NCBI GenBank assembly: GCA_900540975.1
Contig: UQHY01000002.1
Span: 7,593 to 71,592 of the forward strand
Length of the DNA stretch: 64,000 nt
Source of the DNA: an uncultured Collinsella sp.
Lineage (GTDB): Bacteria; Actinomycetota; Coriobacteriia; Coriobacteriales; Coriobacteriaceae
Direction of reading: 5' to 3'
The position numbers and the translations under genes were made by a program. This document shows positions 46,431-55,316 of the stretch, one piece after another; within the stretch, counting starts at the first letter, position 1, and each line of letters begins with the position of its first letter. The notes beneath the pieces are model-generated. The model worked only from the letters and a program-made list of their open reading frames with translations. It searched no databases and was not told the origin of the DNA.

Positions 46431-48740
46431 ATGGCATTGACCCCCAACGAGGCATATGCGGCCAAGCAGCCGTTTGTGGACAAGGAGACGCTCGAACATA
46501 TCGTCGAGCAGTTCCCCACGCCGTTTCATCTATATGACGAGGCGGGCATCCGCCGCAACATGCAAGAGGTGCGCGATGCCTTTGCATGGAACCCGGGCTT
46601 TAAGGAATACTTTGCCGTCAAGGCCAATCCCAACCCGGCGCTCATCTCCATTCTCAACGAATACGGCTGCGGCTGCGATTGTTCAAGCTACACCGAGCTC
46701 ATGATCGCCCACTCGCTGGGCATCACGGGACACGACATCATGTTCTCGTCCAACGACACGCCGGCAGCGGACTTTGAGCTCGCCGACAAACTGGGCGCCA
46801 TCGTCAACTTTGACGACATCAGCCACATCGAGTTCTTTGAGCGCGTTGCGGGGCCCATCCCCAAGAAGGTCAGTTGCCGCTTTAATCCGGGCGGCCTGTT
46901 CCAGCTCTCCAACGGCATCATGGATAACCCCGGCGACTCCAAATACGGCATGACCACCGAGCAACTCTTCGAGGCCTTCCGCATACTCAAAGCCAAGGGC
47001 GCCGAGGACTTTGGCATCCACGCATTCCTTGCCAGCAACACCGTCACCAACGACTACTACCCCAAGCTCGCGCGCATCCTCTTTGAGCTTGCCGTGCGTC
47101 TGGAGCGCGAGACCGGCGCACATGTTGCCTTTATCAATCTGTCCGGCGGTGTGGGTATCCCCTACCTGCCCGAGCAGCAGGCTAACGACATTCACGCCAT
47201 CGGCGAGGGGGTACACGCGGCATACGACGAGATCTTGGTTCCCGCCGGCATGGGCGATGTGGCCATCTGCACCGAGATGGGCCGCTTTATGATGGGCCCC
47301 TACGGCTGCCTGGTCACCAAGGCCATCCACGAGAAGCAGATCTACAAGGACTATATCGGTGTCGACGCAAGCGCCGTCGATCTGATCCGCCCTGCCATGT
47401 ATGGCGCCTACCACCACATTACGGTGGTGGGCCAGCCGGGTGGCGCCGACAAGACCACAACACCCGTTACGGACACCTACGACATCACGGGCAACCTATG
47501 CGAGAACAACGACAAGTTCGCCATCGATCGCGAGCTGCCGCATATCGACATGGGCGACCTGCTTGTAATCCACGATACCGGCGCGCATGGCTACTCCATG
47601 GGCTACAACTACAACGGGCGGCTGCGCTCCGCCGAGGTCCTGTTGCGCCCCGATGGCTCAGCCGACCTCATCCGCCGCGCCGAGCGCCCGGGCGATTATT
47701 TTGCCACGCTCGACGTGCTGCCGAGCGGCCGAGAGCTGCTGGCCAAGTCGCGCGCCGAAAGTGCCCGCCGTCGCGCCCAAGACGAGCGCCTGACAGTCGC
47801 CGCTCAATGGAACAAACGCATCCAGATCGCGGACGCGAAGGAGAAGAACATGGACATCCGCAATCTCGAGGGCTCAATCGTCGCCCTTGTTACGCCGTTT
47901 AAAAAGGACGGCAGCGTCGACTTTGACGCACTCGAGCGCCTTATCGATTTCCACCTGCAAAACGGCACCGACGCCATCCTCACCCTGGGCACCACCGGCG
48001 AGAGCGCCACGATGACCGACGACGAGGACAACTCCGTTGTCGCCGCAGTGGTCAAGCAAGTTGCAGGACGCATCCCCGTCATCGCCGGCTCGGGCTCCAA
48101 CTCCACGCAGACCATGCTCACCAAGTCGCTCACCTACCAGGGCTTGGGCGCCGATGGTCTGCTGCTCATTACCCCCTACTACAACAAGTCCAACGAAGAG
48201 GGCATCTACCGGCACTTTAAGACCGTCGCCGATGCCGTGGACATCCCCTGCATCCTGTACAACATCCCCGGCCGTTGCGGCTGCGGCATCAGCGAGCGCA
48301 ACGTAGAGCGCCTGGCCGCACATCCCAACATCATGGGTATTAAGGAAGCCTCGGGCAACGTCGCCTACGCGGCCAAGATCGCCCACCTGCTGTCCGACGA
48401 CTTCCGCATGTACTCGGGCGAGGACGCCCTCACCGTGCCGCTCATGAGCCTGGGCGCTTCGGGCACCATCAGCGTGTGGGCCGACGTTCAGCCGCAGCTC
48501 GTGCACGACATGTGCCGCGCCTATCTGGACGGCGACGTGGAGCGCGCCCGCGATATCCAGATTGCCGGCCAGCCGCTCATCAATGCCCTCTTTAGCGAGG
48601 TCAACCCCATCCCCGTCAAGGAAGCACTCGCCCAGATGGGTATGATCGAGGCAAACTACCGCATGCCGCTGTGCCCCATGGCAGACGACACGCGCTCCGC
48701 ACTTACCGATGCTCTGAAAGGAGCTGGTCTGCTTGATTAA
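46431..48740 (+). CDS. lysA: Diaminopimelate decarboxylase fused in frame to dihydrodipicolinate synthase (LysA::DapA)
   Basis: LysA: FAVKAN, SKYG, E.GRF, CENND, GAHG.SMG.NYN. DapA from Met 47850: ALVTPF, GTTGES, PYYNK, LYNIPGR, GIKEASG, NPIPVK. Confidence 0.92.
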   Translation: MALTPNEAYAAKQPFVDKETLEHIVEQFPTPFHLYDEAGIRRNMQEVRDAFAWNPGFKEYFAVKANPNPALISILNEYGCGCDCSSYTELMIAHSLGITGHDIMFSSNDTPAADFELADKLGAIVNFDDISHIEFFERVAGPIPKKVSCRFNPGGLFQLSNGIMDNPGDSKYGMTTEQLFEAFRILKAKGAEDFGIHAFLASNTVTNDYYPKLARILFELAVRLERETGAHVAFINLSGGVGIPYLPEQQANDIHAIGEGVHAAYDEILVPAGMGDVAICTEMGRFMMGPYGCLVTKAIHEKQIYKDYIGVDASAVDLIRPAMYGAYHHITVVGQPGGADKTTTPVTDTYDITGNLCENNDKFAIDRELPHIDMGDLLVIHDTGAHGYSMGYNYNGRLRSAEVLLRPDGSADLIRRAERPGDYFATLDVLPSGRELLAKSRAESARRRAQDERLTVAAQWNKRIQIADAKEKNMDIRNLEGSIVALVTPFKKDGSVDFDALERLIDFHLQNGTDAILTLGTTGESATMTDDEDNSVVAAVVKQVAGRIPVIAGSGSNSTQTMLTKSLTYQGLGADGLLLITPYYNKSNEEGIYRHFKTVADAVDIPCILYNIPGRCGCGISERNVERLAAHPNIMGIKEASGNVAYAAKIAHLLSDDFRMYSGEDALTVPLMSLGASGTISVWADVQPQLVHDMCRAYLDGDVERARDIQIAGQPLINALFSEVNPIPVKEALAQMGMIEANYRMPLCPMADDTRSALTDALKGAGLLD

Positions 48741-49473
48741 GACCGTCATTATGGGAACGGGCCGCATGGGCTCGCTCATCCGCACCACCGCCGAGGGCAT
48801 TGTCAACACCGCTGGAGAGCCCGTTTTTGACATCGTCGCCCAGATCGGCTTCGACTTGTCCGAGCTCGAGAGCGCACCGGCCGCCGATGTAATCATCGAC
48901 TTCTCGAACGTCGTGACCTTCGATGCCGTTGTCGCCTATGTCGAGCGCACGGGTGCCGCACTCGTTTCCGGCACCACGGGCTATACGCCCGAGCAGGTGG
49001 ATCGCCTGCGCGAGCTGGGTCAGAACGCCCGTGTTATGCACTCGGGCAACTACTCTATCGGTATCGCCGCCCTGCGCCATCTGGTTGCCCAGGCCACGCG
49101 CGAGCTGCCCGGCTTTGACTGCGAAATCGTCGAGACGCACCATAATCAAAAGGTCGACGCCCCCAGCGGCACTGCCAAGTTGTTGCTCGACGCCGTCGTC
49201 GAAGCCGAGCCCGAGGCAGGCTACCACCCCGTCTATGGCCGCGAGGGCATGTGCGGCGCGCGCGACCCCAAGGAGATCGGCATGCACTCGCTGCGCGGCG
49301 GCACCGTCGCCGGCGTGCACGAGGTAAGCTTTTTCGGCCAGGACGAGGAGGTCACGCTCGCGCACCGCGCCACGAGCCGTCAGATCTTCGTCAACGGCGC
49401 CCTGGCAGCCGCGCAGAAGCTCGTCACCCGCGAGCCTGGCTTCTATACGTTCGACCAGGTCATGTTTGCCTAA
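48733..49473 (+). CDS. dapB: 4-hydroxy-tetrahydrodipicolinate reductase
   Basis: GRMG, IDFS, SGTTG, ETHHNQKVDAPSGTA, SLRGG...G.H, H.A.SR.IF..GA. Confidence 0.95.
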   Translation: MIKTVIMGTGRMGSLIRTTAEGIVNTAGEPVFDIVAQIGFDLSELESAPAADVIIDFSNVVTFDAVVAYVERTGAALVSGTTGYTPEQVDRLRELGQNARVMHSGNYSIGIAALRHLVAQATRELPGFDCEIVETHHNQKVDAPSGTAKLLLDAVVEAEPEAGYHPVYGREGMCGARDPKEIGMHSLRGGTVAGVHEVSFFGQDEEVTLAHRATSRQIFVNGALAAAQKLVTREPGFYTFDQVMFA

Positions 49474-49512
49474 CCAGGTATCAACCGGATCCACTCAAAG
49501 GAGAGACAGCAA

Positions 49513-50232
49513 ATGAGTAATGCAGCCGAGATGGATGCACAGGAGATTATCAACTACATCGCAACCGCGCCCAAGAAAACGCCCGTCAAACTGTACGTGC
49601 GCGAAAAGCCGGGCATGAAGGTCCAGTGGGGCAATGCGCACGTCTACGGCGGTCGTCGTGGCAAGACCGTCTTTGGTGACTGGGATGAGCTCAAGGCAAT
49701 CCTCGACGCCAACGCCGACTCCATCGACTACTACGACGTAGAGAACGACTGCCGCAACTCCGCCGTGCCCATGCTCGACCTCAAGGGTATCAACGCCCGC
49801 ATCGAGCCGGGCGCGATCATCCGCGACCGTGTCGAGATTGGCGATCGCGCCGTCATCATGATGGGCGCCATCATCAACATCGGCTCCGTCATTGGCGAAG
49901 GCTCCATGATCGACATGGGCGCTGTGCTGGGCGGCCGCGCCACCGTGGGCAAGAACTGCCACATCGGCGCCGGCACCGTGCTGGCAGGCGTCGTGGAGCC
50001 CGCCAGTGCCACGCCCGTCATCATCGAGGACGACGTTATGATCGGCGCCAATGCCGTGGTCCTGGAGGGCGTGCGCGTGGGCAAGGGTGCTGTCGTTGCC
50101 GCCGGCGCCGTATGCGTCGACGACGTCCCCGCCGGCGCCGTCGTGGCCGGTGTCCCCGCCCGCGTCATCAAGATGCGCGACGAGAAGACCGACAGCAAGA
50201 CTGGCCTCGAAGAGGGGTTACGTCAACTCTAG
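49513..50232 (+). CDS. dapH: Tetrahydrodipicolinate N-acetyltransferase
   Basis: MDAQEII.YI....KKTPVK.Y N-domain, [19 protein letters not shown], hexapeptide repeats, LAGV.EP.SA.PV. Confidence 0.93.
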   Translation: MSNAAEMDAQEIINYIATAPKKTPVKLYVREKPGMKVQWGNAHVYGGRRGKTVFGDWDELKAILDANADSIDYYDVENDCRNSAVPMLDLKGINARIEPGAIIRDRVEIGDRAVIMMGAIINIGSVIGEGSMIDMGAVLGGRATVGKNCHIGAGTVLAGVVEPASATPVIIEDDVMIGANAVVLEGVRVGKGAVVAAGAVCVDDVPAGAVVAGVPARVIKMRDEKTDSKTGLEEGLRQL

Positions 50233-50233
50233 G

Positions 50234-50380
50234 GCTGCGCAGTTTTACCAAACCGCGCAACTAGTCGACGCTGCAAACGGCCCAGAGCGGCAATCTGACG
50301 TTCAATCGTCGGGCATGACCAAAAGGTCAATGCCCTCCTCTTTCACGTCACCTTGCTCGCTCTGGGGCGTTTTCGCTGAC
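50234..50380 (+). repeat. Family A structured repeat, just after the dapH stop
   Basis: Reverse-complement homologue of 22230-22376 with a different apical stem. Confidence 0.88.
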
Positions 50381-50478
50381 GTATGTTCAACCAGTGGCGT
50401 AATTAAGCCCCAAGTAAAAAGGCCGAAGCCCTCATCCGAGGCTTCGGCCTTTGTTTTTCAGCAGCGCCCAAGCGCAGT

Positions 50479-51492
50479 TTATCGATTCTCAATTGACCCG
50501 ATGTTTTTGAGCTCGATGGAGATGAGGCCGTTGGGCTCGTTGACGAACTCGATGTACTCGGAATTCGAACCCATCTCGGCCGGGAAGCTGATTTCGATAC
50601 CCGTGTCGGTACGGATCTTGTGATTGCGCACGGCAGCGCGCTCGACCTGCTTGCGCTCCACGGGAACGTGCTCGGGAACCTTCTCCTCGGTCAGTGCCGC
50701 GCGCACGCTTTCCTTGATGACCGGTTCGTCCTCAAAGACCTCATCGACGATATCCCAAGGCGGCAGCTCCTCGTCATCCTCAACCTTCTCGGCAACGGCA
50801 GCCTTAACCTTGGCGAGTGCCACGGCCGTATTGGCACCATGCTCCTCGGCGACTTCCTCGACCACACGCGTCACGGTGTCGATGACCTCCTTGCCCGATA
50901 CACCCGTGTCGCACTGCAGCAGGCCATCGGGGATAAGCATACGATCCTCGCCGGCAATCTTGCGCTTCTTGTCCACGTAGCCGATCTCCATGGTGCTCGC
51001 GCGCACGATGGCATAGCTTGGCACCTTTTGCGAGGGGTTTGGCAGAATAGCGTAGTGGCGCGCGATGTCATTGCGCACCTCCCCCTCCTCGCGGCCCACT
51101 TCGTGCATAAAAGCCTGCTTGGAGCCCAACAGCATCACGGCAAACCAGCGGGCATCCTCATCGTCGTCAAAATCGGCCACGAGCACGTCGGTGGACTCGG
51201 CTTTCTCGGCTTTGGTGAGCTCGGAGGAGATAAACTCCGCAATCTGCTGCGACAGGTCCACGAACTCGCGCTCGCCGAAGAAATAGCCCTTGAGCTCGCC
51301 GCCAAACGCAGAGTTCTCGGCAAACGTGGCACGTTTATTGTCGGCCGAGGTTCGTGCGCGGCGCAGATGCGTGGTCACGAAGTTGCGCACGGTACGGCTT
51401 TCGATATCGAGCTCGCGCTGGCTCATAACGTTAACGGCAGAGTCAAAGTCCAGGATATGCAGAATCGCGTGATTGATTTTCATATACGGCAT
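50479..51492 (-). CDS. Nucleoid-associated protein (NdpA/YejK-like)
   Basis: I.HAILHILD.......S..EL, ILP...QKV...A, C-terminal KIRTDTGIEI.FP......EYIEF...P.G.ISI.LKNI. Confidence 0.75.
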   Translation of the reverse strand: MPYMKINHAILHILDFDSAVNVMSQRELDIESRTVRNFVTTHLRRARTSADNKRATFAENSAFGGELKGYFFGEREFVDLSQQIAEFISSELTKAEKAESTDVLVADFDDDEDARWFAVMLLGSKQAFMHEVGREEGEVRNDIARHYAILPNPSQKVPSYAIVRASTMEIGYVDKKRKIAGEDRMLIPDGLLQCDTGVSGKEVIDTVTRVVEEVAEEHGANTAVALAKVKAAVAEKVEDDEELPPWDIVDEVFEDEPVIKESVRAALTEEKVPEHVPVERKQVERAAVRNHKIRTDTGIEISFPAEMGSNSEYIEFVNEPNGLISIELKNIGSIENR

Positions 51493-51594
51493 TCCGTTCT
51501 AGATCGATTTCGGCACGAACCAGTATAGCGGTCGAGCCCGCCCCAAGCGCATCGAAGATTGCTGCATTGGGGCCAGGTTTCTCTGCACCAATGG

Positions 51595-52755
51595 TTAACG
51601 CAGGAGCTCGGACTGCCAGGCCTCGAGTTGTTCTGCCAGACTCTTACCGGCAGCGGACATGTCGATCTGAGGGCGTTTGGGCAGCAATGCACATCTAAGA
51701 ATTGCCGCGATGGTCTGCGAAACAAAATGGCGCGTATCCTTGTCAAAGCCTTGGGCGGCCCGGAGCATCACAGGCAGGTTCTCGCGCATGTTCCCGGCGA
51801 TATCCGCAAAACGTTCGGCGCCCGTAGCCTCAAACACGGAGAACAACGCATCTACAAAACGCTCGCGCTCGCCAGGTGACACTGCAAGCAGCATCTCGCG
51901 AATAGAGCCATCAACATATCGCGCGCCAGCAGACAGGCGTTCGCAATACACAAAATCGCAGCCGTCGACCACCCAGCTAAAGGGATTGTGTTGCAGCAGG
52001 CTAAACTCGGTGCTTTCGACGATAGCGTAGTCCTCTTGCGTCTCGAACATCATGCCGAAGATCGAAGACTGGGGCAGGGTTTTATCAATACGACCAGAAA
52101 GGCTCGCAAAGGCGTCTCCGTTCAGAAACTCCTCGACAAAGCCAGGGCCATCGTGGGAGAAGACCAGCTCAATCCGGTTGCGAGCACCGCTTGAGCACAT
52201 CGCTGCACCATACACAGCCAGATTTCCGCCCTTGGAATGGCCTCCGCACAAGAGCGGCCCGTCAATCGCATCCGCCGCCTCGTCCACATAACGCGCCGCG
52301 GATTCCTGGGCCGGCACAGGACACCGGAACGCCATGTTAAAGTCCTCTTTCCAGCCCACAATCGTGCTGTCGGTCCCCCGGAAGGAAAGATAGCTAAACC
52401 CCGCCGGAAACCGGAACGCCATGGCTGCAAACTGCTCTGTCGCCACCACATCGCTCACGGCACGATAGCCGCAAACGTGCACGCCACGGTAGCGAGGGCT
52501 TGCTGCCACGGCCTCCAATAAGGCCCTGCTCCCCTCTGGATCCCACAAGTCGTCAATCATGTCCCGGTAGCACTCGGCACGCAGCAGCTCGCGTACGTCT
52601 AGGCCCTGCCAGTTCGTCAGCTCTGCCATATCACCCGGCAAACGCAAATAGGACAACCACGCAAAGACCAGGCTATCCACCGCGCAGAACGGCCGCTCCT
52701 CAAACGGATCAAACGCCGTCTGGGCATAGGTCAAAAAATTAGGCGAATCCGGCAT
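51595..52755 (-). CDS. DUF2974 (Mbeg1-like) alpha/beta hydrolase
   Basis: VDSL.FA.LSY, QFAA, FRGTD.TIVGWKEDFNM, GHSKGGNLA.Y, HDGPGF, QH.PFSW. Confidence 0.88.
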   Translation of the reverse strand: MPDSPNFLTYAQTAFDPFEERPFCAVDSLVFAWLSYLRLPGDMAELTNWQGLDVRELLRAECYRDMIDDLWDPEGSRALLEAVAASPRYRGVHVCGYRAVSDVVATEQFAAMAFRFPAGFSYLSFRGTDSTIVGWKEDFNMAFRCPVPAQESAARYVDEAADAIDGPLLCGGHSKGGNLAVYGAAMCSSGARNRIELVFSHDGPGFVEEFLNGDAFASLSGRIDKTLPQSSIFGMMFETQEDYAIVESTEFSLLQHNPFSWVVDGCDFVYCERLSAGARYVDGSIREMLLAVSPGERERFVDALFSVFEATGAERFADIAGNMRENLPVMLRAAQGFDKDTRHFVSQTIAAILRCALLPKRPQIDMSAAGKSLAEQLEAWQSELLR

Positions 52756-52882
52756 GGCCCTCCCATCAACTATGGTGCATTGGGATGGTGCAATGGGGTC
52801 AGGTTACTTTGCACCAAAAAGGCGCCCGGGCCGTGTGAGCCCGGGCGCCTTCATTGTAGCTTTTCGCTCTAGCGAGCTTGAT

Positions 52883-53833
52883 TTAGCAGGAGAAATCGAC
52901 GCTGCCGATGATGTCCTTGAGGGCCTTGGCGGAGACGGTGAGCTCATGCTGCTCGTCATCGTTCAGCGGCACGGGGACGCGGCAGACAACGCCGTCGCGG
53001 CCAACGACGGTCGGCATGGAGATGGCAAGATCGGACAGGCCATACTCGCCCACCATGAGCGAGGAGACGGGCAGAACGGTCTGCTCATCGCGCATGACGG
53101 CGGTACAGATGCGCTTGACGGCCATGGCGACGCCATAGTAGGTGGCGTGCTTCTTCTCGATGATGGTGTAGGCGGAGTTCTTGACGTCCTCGGCGATGCG
53201 CTTCTCGGCAGCCTCATGCTCCAGGTGGCCGTGAAGCTCGCAGAAGGTGTTCAGCGGAACGCCGGCAACCTGAGCGCTGGACCAAGCGACAAACTCGGAG
53301 TCGCCGTGCTCACCCATGACATAGGCCTGGACATCGCGCGGGTCAACCTCGACGTGGGCACCAAGCATCTGCTGCAGACGGCCAGTGTCGAGCACGGTGC
53401 CGGAGCCGATGACATGGCCCTCGGGCAGGCCGGACATCTTGATGGCAGCATAGGTCAGAACATCAACCGGGTTGGAGACGATTAGCAGAATGCCGTCGAA
53501 GCCGGACTTCTTAATCTCGGGGATAATGGACTTAAAGATGTTTACGTTCTTGTTGACCAGGTCCAGGCGGGTCTCACCGGGCTTCTGGGCAGCGCCAGCG
53601 GTGACAACGATCATGGCGGCGTCGGCGACATCGGAATAATCGCCGGCGTAGATCTTCATCGGCTCGGCAAACGTCATGCCGTGCGCGATATCCAGGGCCT
53701 CACCCTCGGCACGGTTCTTGTCCACGTCGATGAGGACCATCTCGGAGAACAGACCGCTCTGCATCAGTGCGAACGCCGAAGACGAACCGACGAAACCGCA
53801 GCCGACAATAGCGACCTTCTTCTCGTTAACCAT
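52883..53833 (-). CDS. ldh: L-lactate dehydrogenase
   Basis: KVAIVGCGFVG, GAAQKPGETRLDL, SNPVDVL, GSGTVLDTGR, GEHGDSE, ATYYGVA. Confidence 0.96.
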   Translation of the reverse strand: MVNEKKVAIVGCGFVGSSSAFALMQSGLFSEMVLIDVDKNRAEGEALDIAHGMTFAEPMKIYAGDYSDVADAAMIVVTAGAAQKPGETRLDLVNKNVNIFKSIIPEIKKSGFDGILLIVSNPVDVLTYAAIKMSGLPEGHVIGSGTVLDTGRLQQMLGAHVEVDPRDVQAYVMGEHGDSEFVAWSSAQVAGVPLNTFCELHGHLEHEAAEKRIAEDVKNSAYTIIEKKHATYYGVAMAVKRICTAVMRDEQTVLPVSSLMVGEYGLSDLAISMPTVVGRDGVVCRVPVPLNDDEQHELTVSAKALKDIIGSVDFSC

Positions 53834-54034
53834 TAGAAACTCCCATCTCTCTCCACAAACAAGCCGCCCGGGAACGACCCGAGCGGCTTGTCGTAATCCC
53901 AATACATCCAATCGGGACTTTGATTATGCTCCTATTCGCAGCCAAAAATCGACCGTTTACCGAAATTGTTTGCAGTATTCGTAAAATAACTGCACGAAAT
54001 CGGTTTCGAGCTATTGACGAGCCGGAATACCTTT

Positions 54035-55198
54035 CTAATACAGGCCCGCCTCGCGAATGGCCTCGACAGCCAAAGCGATCTGATCGGGCGGCAGGACCAG
54101 CGCCATGCGCACGTGCCCCTCGCCCGAAGGGCCAAAGCTCGCGCCCGGCGTCACCACAACGCCGGCCTTCTCCATGAGCTCCTCGCAAAACGCCATGGAA
54201 TCGGTACGACCACCGGGAAGCTTGGCCCACACAAACATAGAGCCATGCGCGTTGGGTCGCTCCCAGCCCAGGCCCTCAAGACCGTCGCACAGGGCATCGC
54301 GGCGCTCCTGGTACTTCAGACGCTGCGCCTCGACCTCATCGCGCGGACCGTTCAAGCAGGCGATAGCAGCCTTCTGGATCGGGAAAAACATACCGAAGTC
54401 GATCTGGCCGCGCAGCTTGGCAAAGGCCGAGACCACATCCTCGCGACCGACCAAAAAGCCGATGCGGGCACCGGTGACGTTAAACGACTTAGAGAGCGAG
54501 AAGAACTCCACGCCCACCTCGAGCGCGCCAGGGTACTGCAGGAAGCTGCCACCCGGCTCGCCGTCGAACACGATATCGGAGTAGGCATTGTCATGCACGA
54601 TCAACAGATCATGCTCGCGGGCGAAAGCGATGATCTCCTCATAGACCTCGGGCGTGCCCACCGAGCCCACCGGGTTGGCGGGCAGCGACACGATCATATA
54701 CTTGGCGCGATCGGCCACCTCGGGATCGATGCCCGCCACATAGGGCAGGTAATTGTGCTCGGCAACCAGCGGATAGTACTCGAGCTTGGCATCGGCGATC
54801 TTGGCGCCCGCCTCAAAGACCGGGTAGCATGGATCGGGGACCAGAATGGTGTCACCCGGATCGAGCAGGGCCAGGCCCAAATGGCCCACGCCCTCCTGCG
54901 TGCCGTTGCACGACTGCACCATAGACGGCGTAATGCCCGAAACGCCAAAGCGACGCTCATAGTAATCGCACACGGCTTGCTTGAGTTCGGGCAGGTCGCG
55001 CAGGGCATACTTCCACATCTCGGGATCTTGGGCTGCCTGCGTGAGCGCCTCGACCACGTGGTCGTACGGCTTAAAGTCGGGCGTGCCCACGCTCATGTTG
55101 TAAATGGTCTTGCCCTGAGCCTTCAGCGCGAGAAGCTTGTTGTTGAGCGAGGCGAAGACCTCCGCGCCAAAGCGGTCGAGACGCTGCGATGCCTGCAT
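54035..55198 (-). CDS. PLP-dependent class I/II aminotransferase (LL-DAP aminotransferase-like)
   Basis: DPGD..LVPDP.YP, P.NPVG, HDNAYSDI, SLSKSFN.TG.RIGF, PG..FG..GEG.VR.AL. Confidence 0.85.
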   Translation of the reverse strand: MQASQRLDRFGAEVFASLNNKLLALKAQGKTIYNMSVGTPDFKPYDHVVEALTQAAQDPEMWKYALRDLPELKQAVCDYYERRFGVSGITPSMVQSCNGTQEGVGHLGLALLDPGDTILVPDPCYPVFEAGAKIADAKLEYYPLVAEHNYLPYVAGIDPEVADRAKYMIVSLPANPVGSVGTPEVYEEIIAFAREHDLLIVHDNAYSDIVFDGEPGGSFLQYPGALEVGVEFFSLSKSFNVTGARIGFLVGREDVVSAFAKLRGQIDFGMFFPIQKAAIACLNGPRDEVEAQRLKYQERRDALCDGLEGLGWERPNAHGSMFVWAKLPGGRTDSMAFCEELMEKAGVVVTPGASFGPSGEGHVRMALVLPPDQIALAVEAIREAGLY

Positions 55199-55316
55199 GG
55201 TGCCACCTTTCGATATGAAAAACGCGGCGCTCCGACAAGAGCGCCGCGCGATACGGGCCATCAGATTGCAAAAGTGTAACGCTTACAAACCCCGTATTGG
55301 TTCAATTTAGCCAACC

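Noticed and set aside
53971..53998. Rex operator upstream of ldh
   Set aside because: Dyads are present (tgcagt/actgca, ttcgt/acgaa) but fit the TTGTGAA-N4-TTCACAA consensus poorly.
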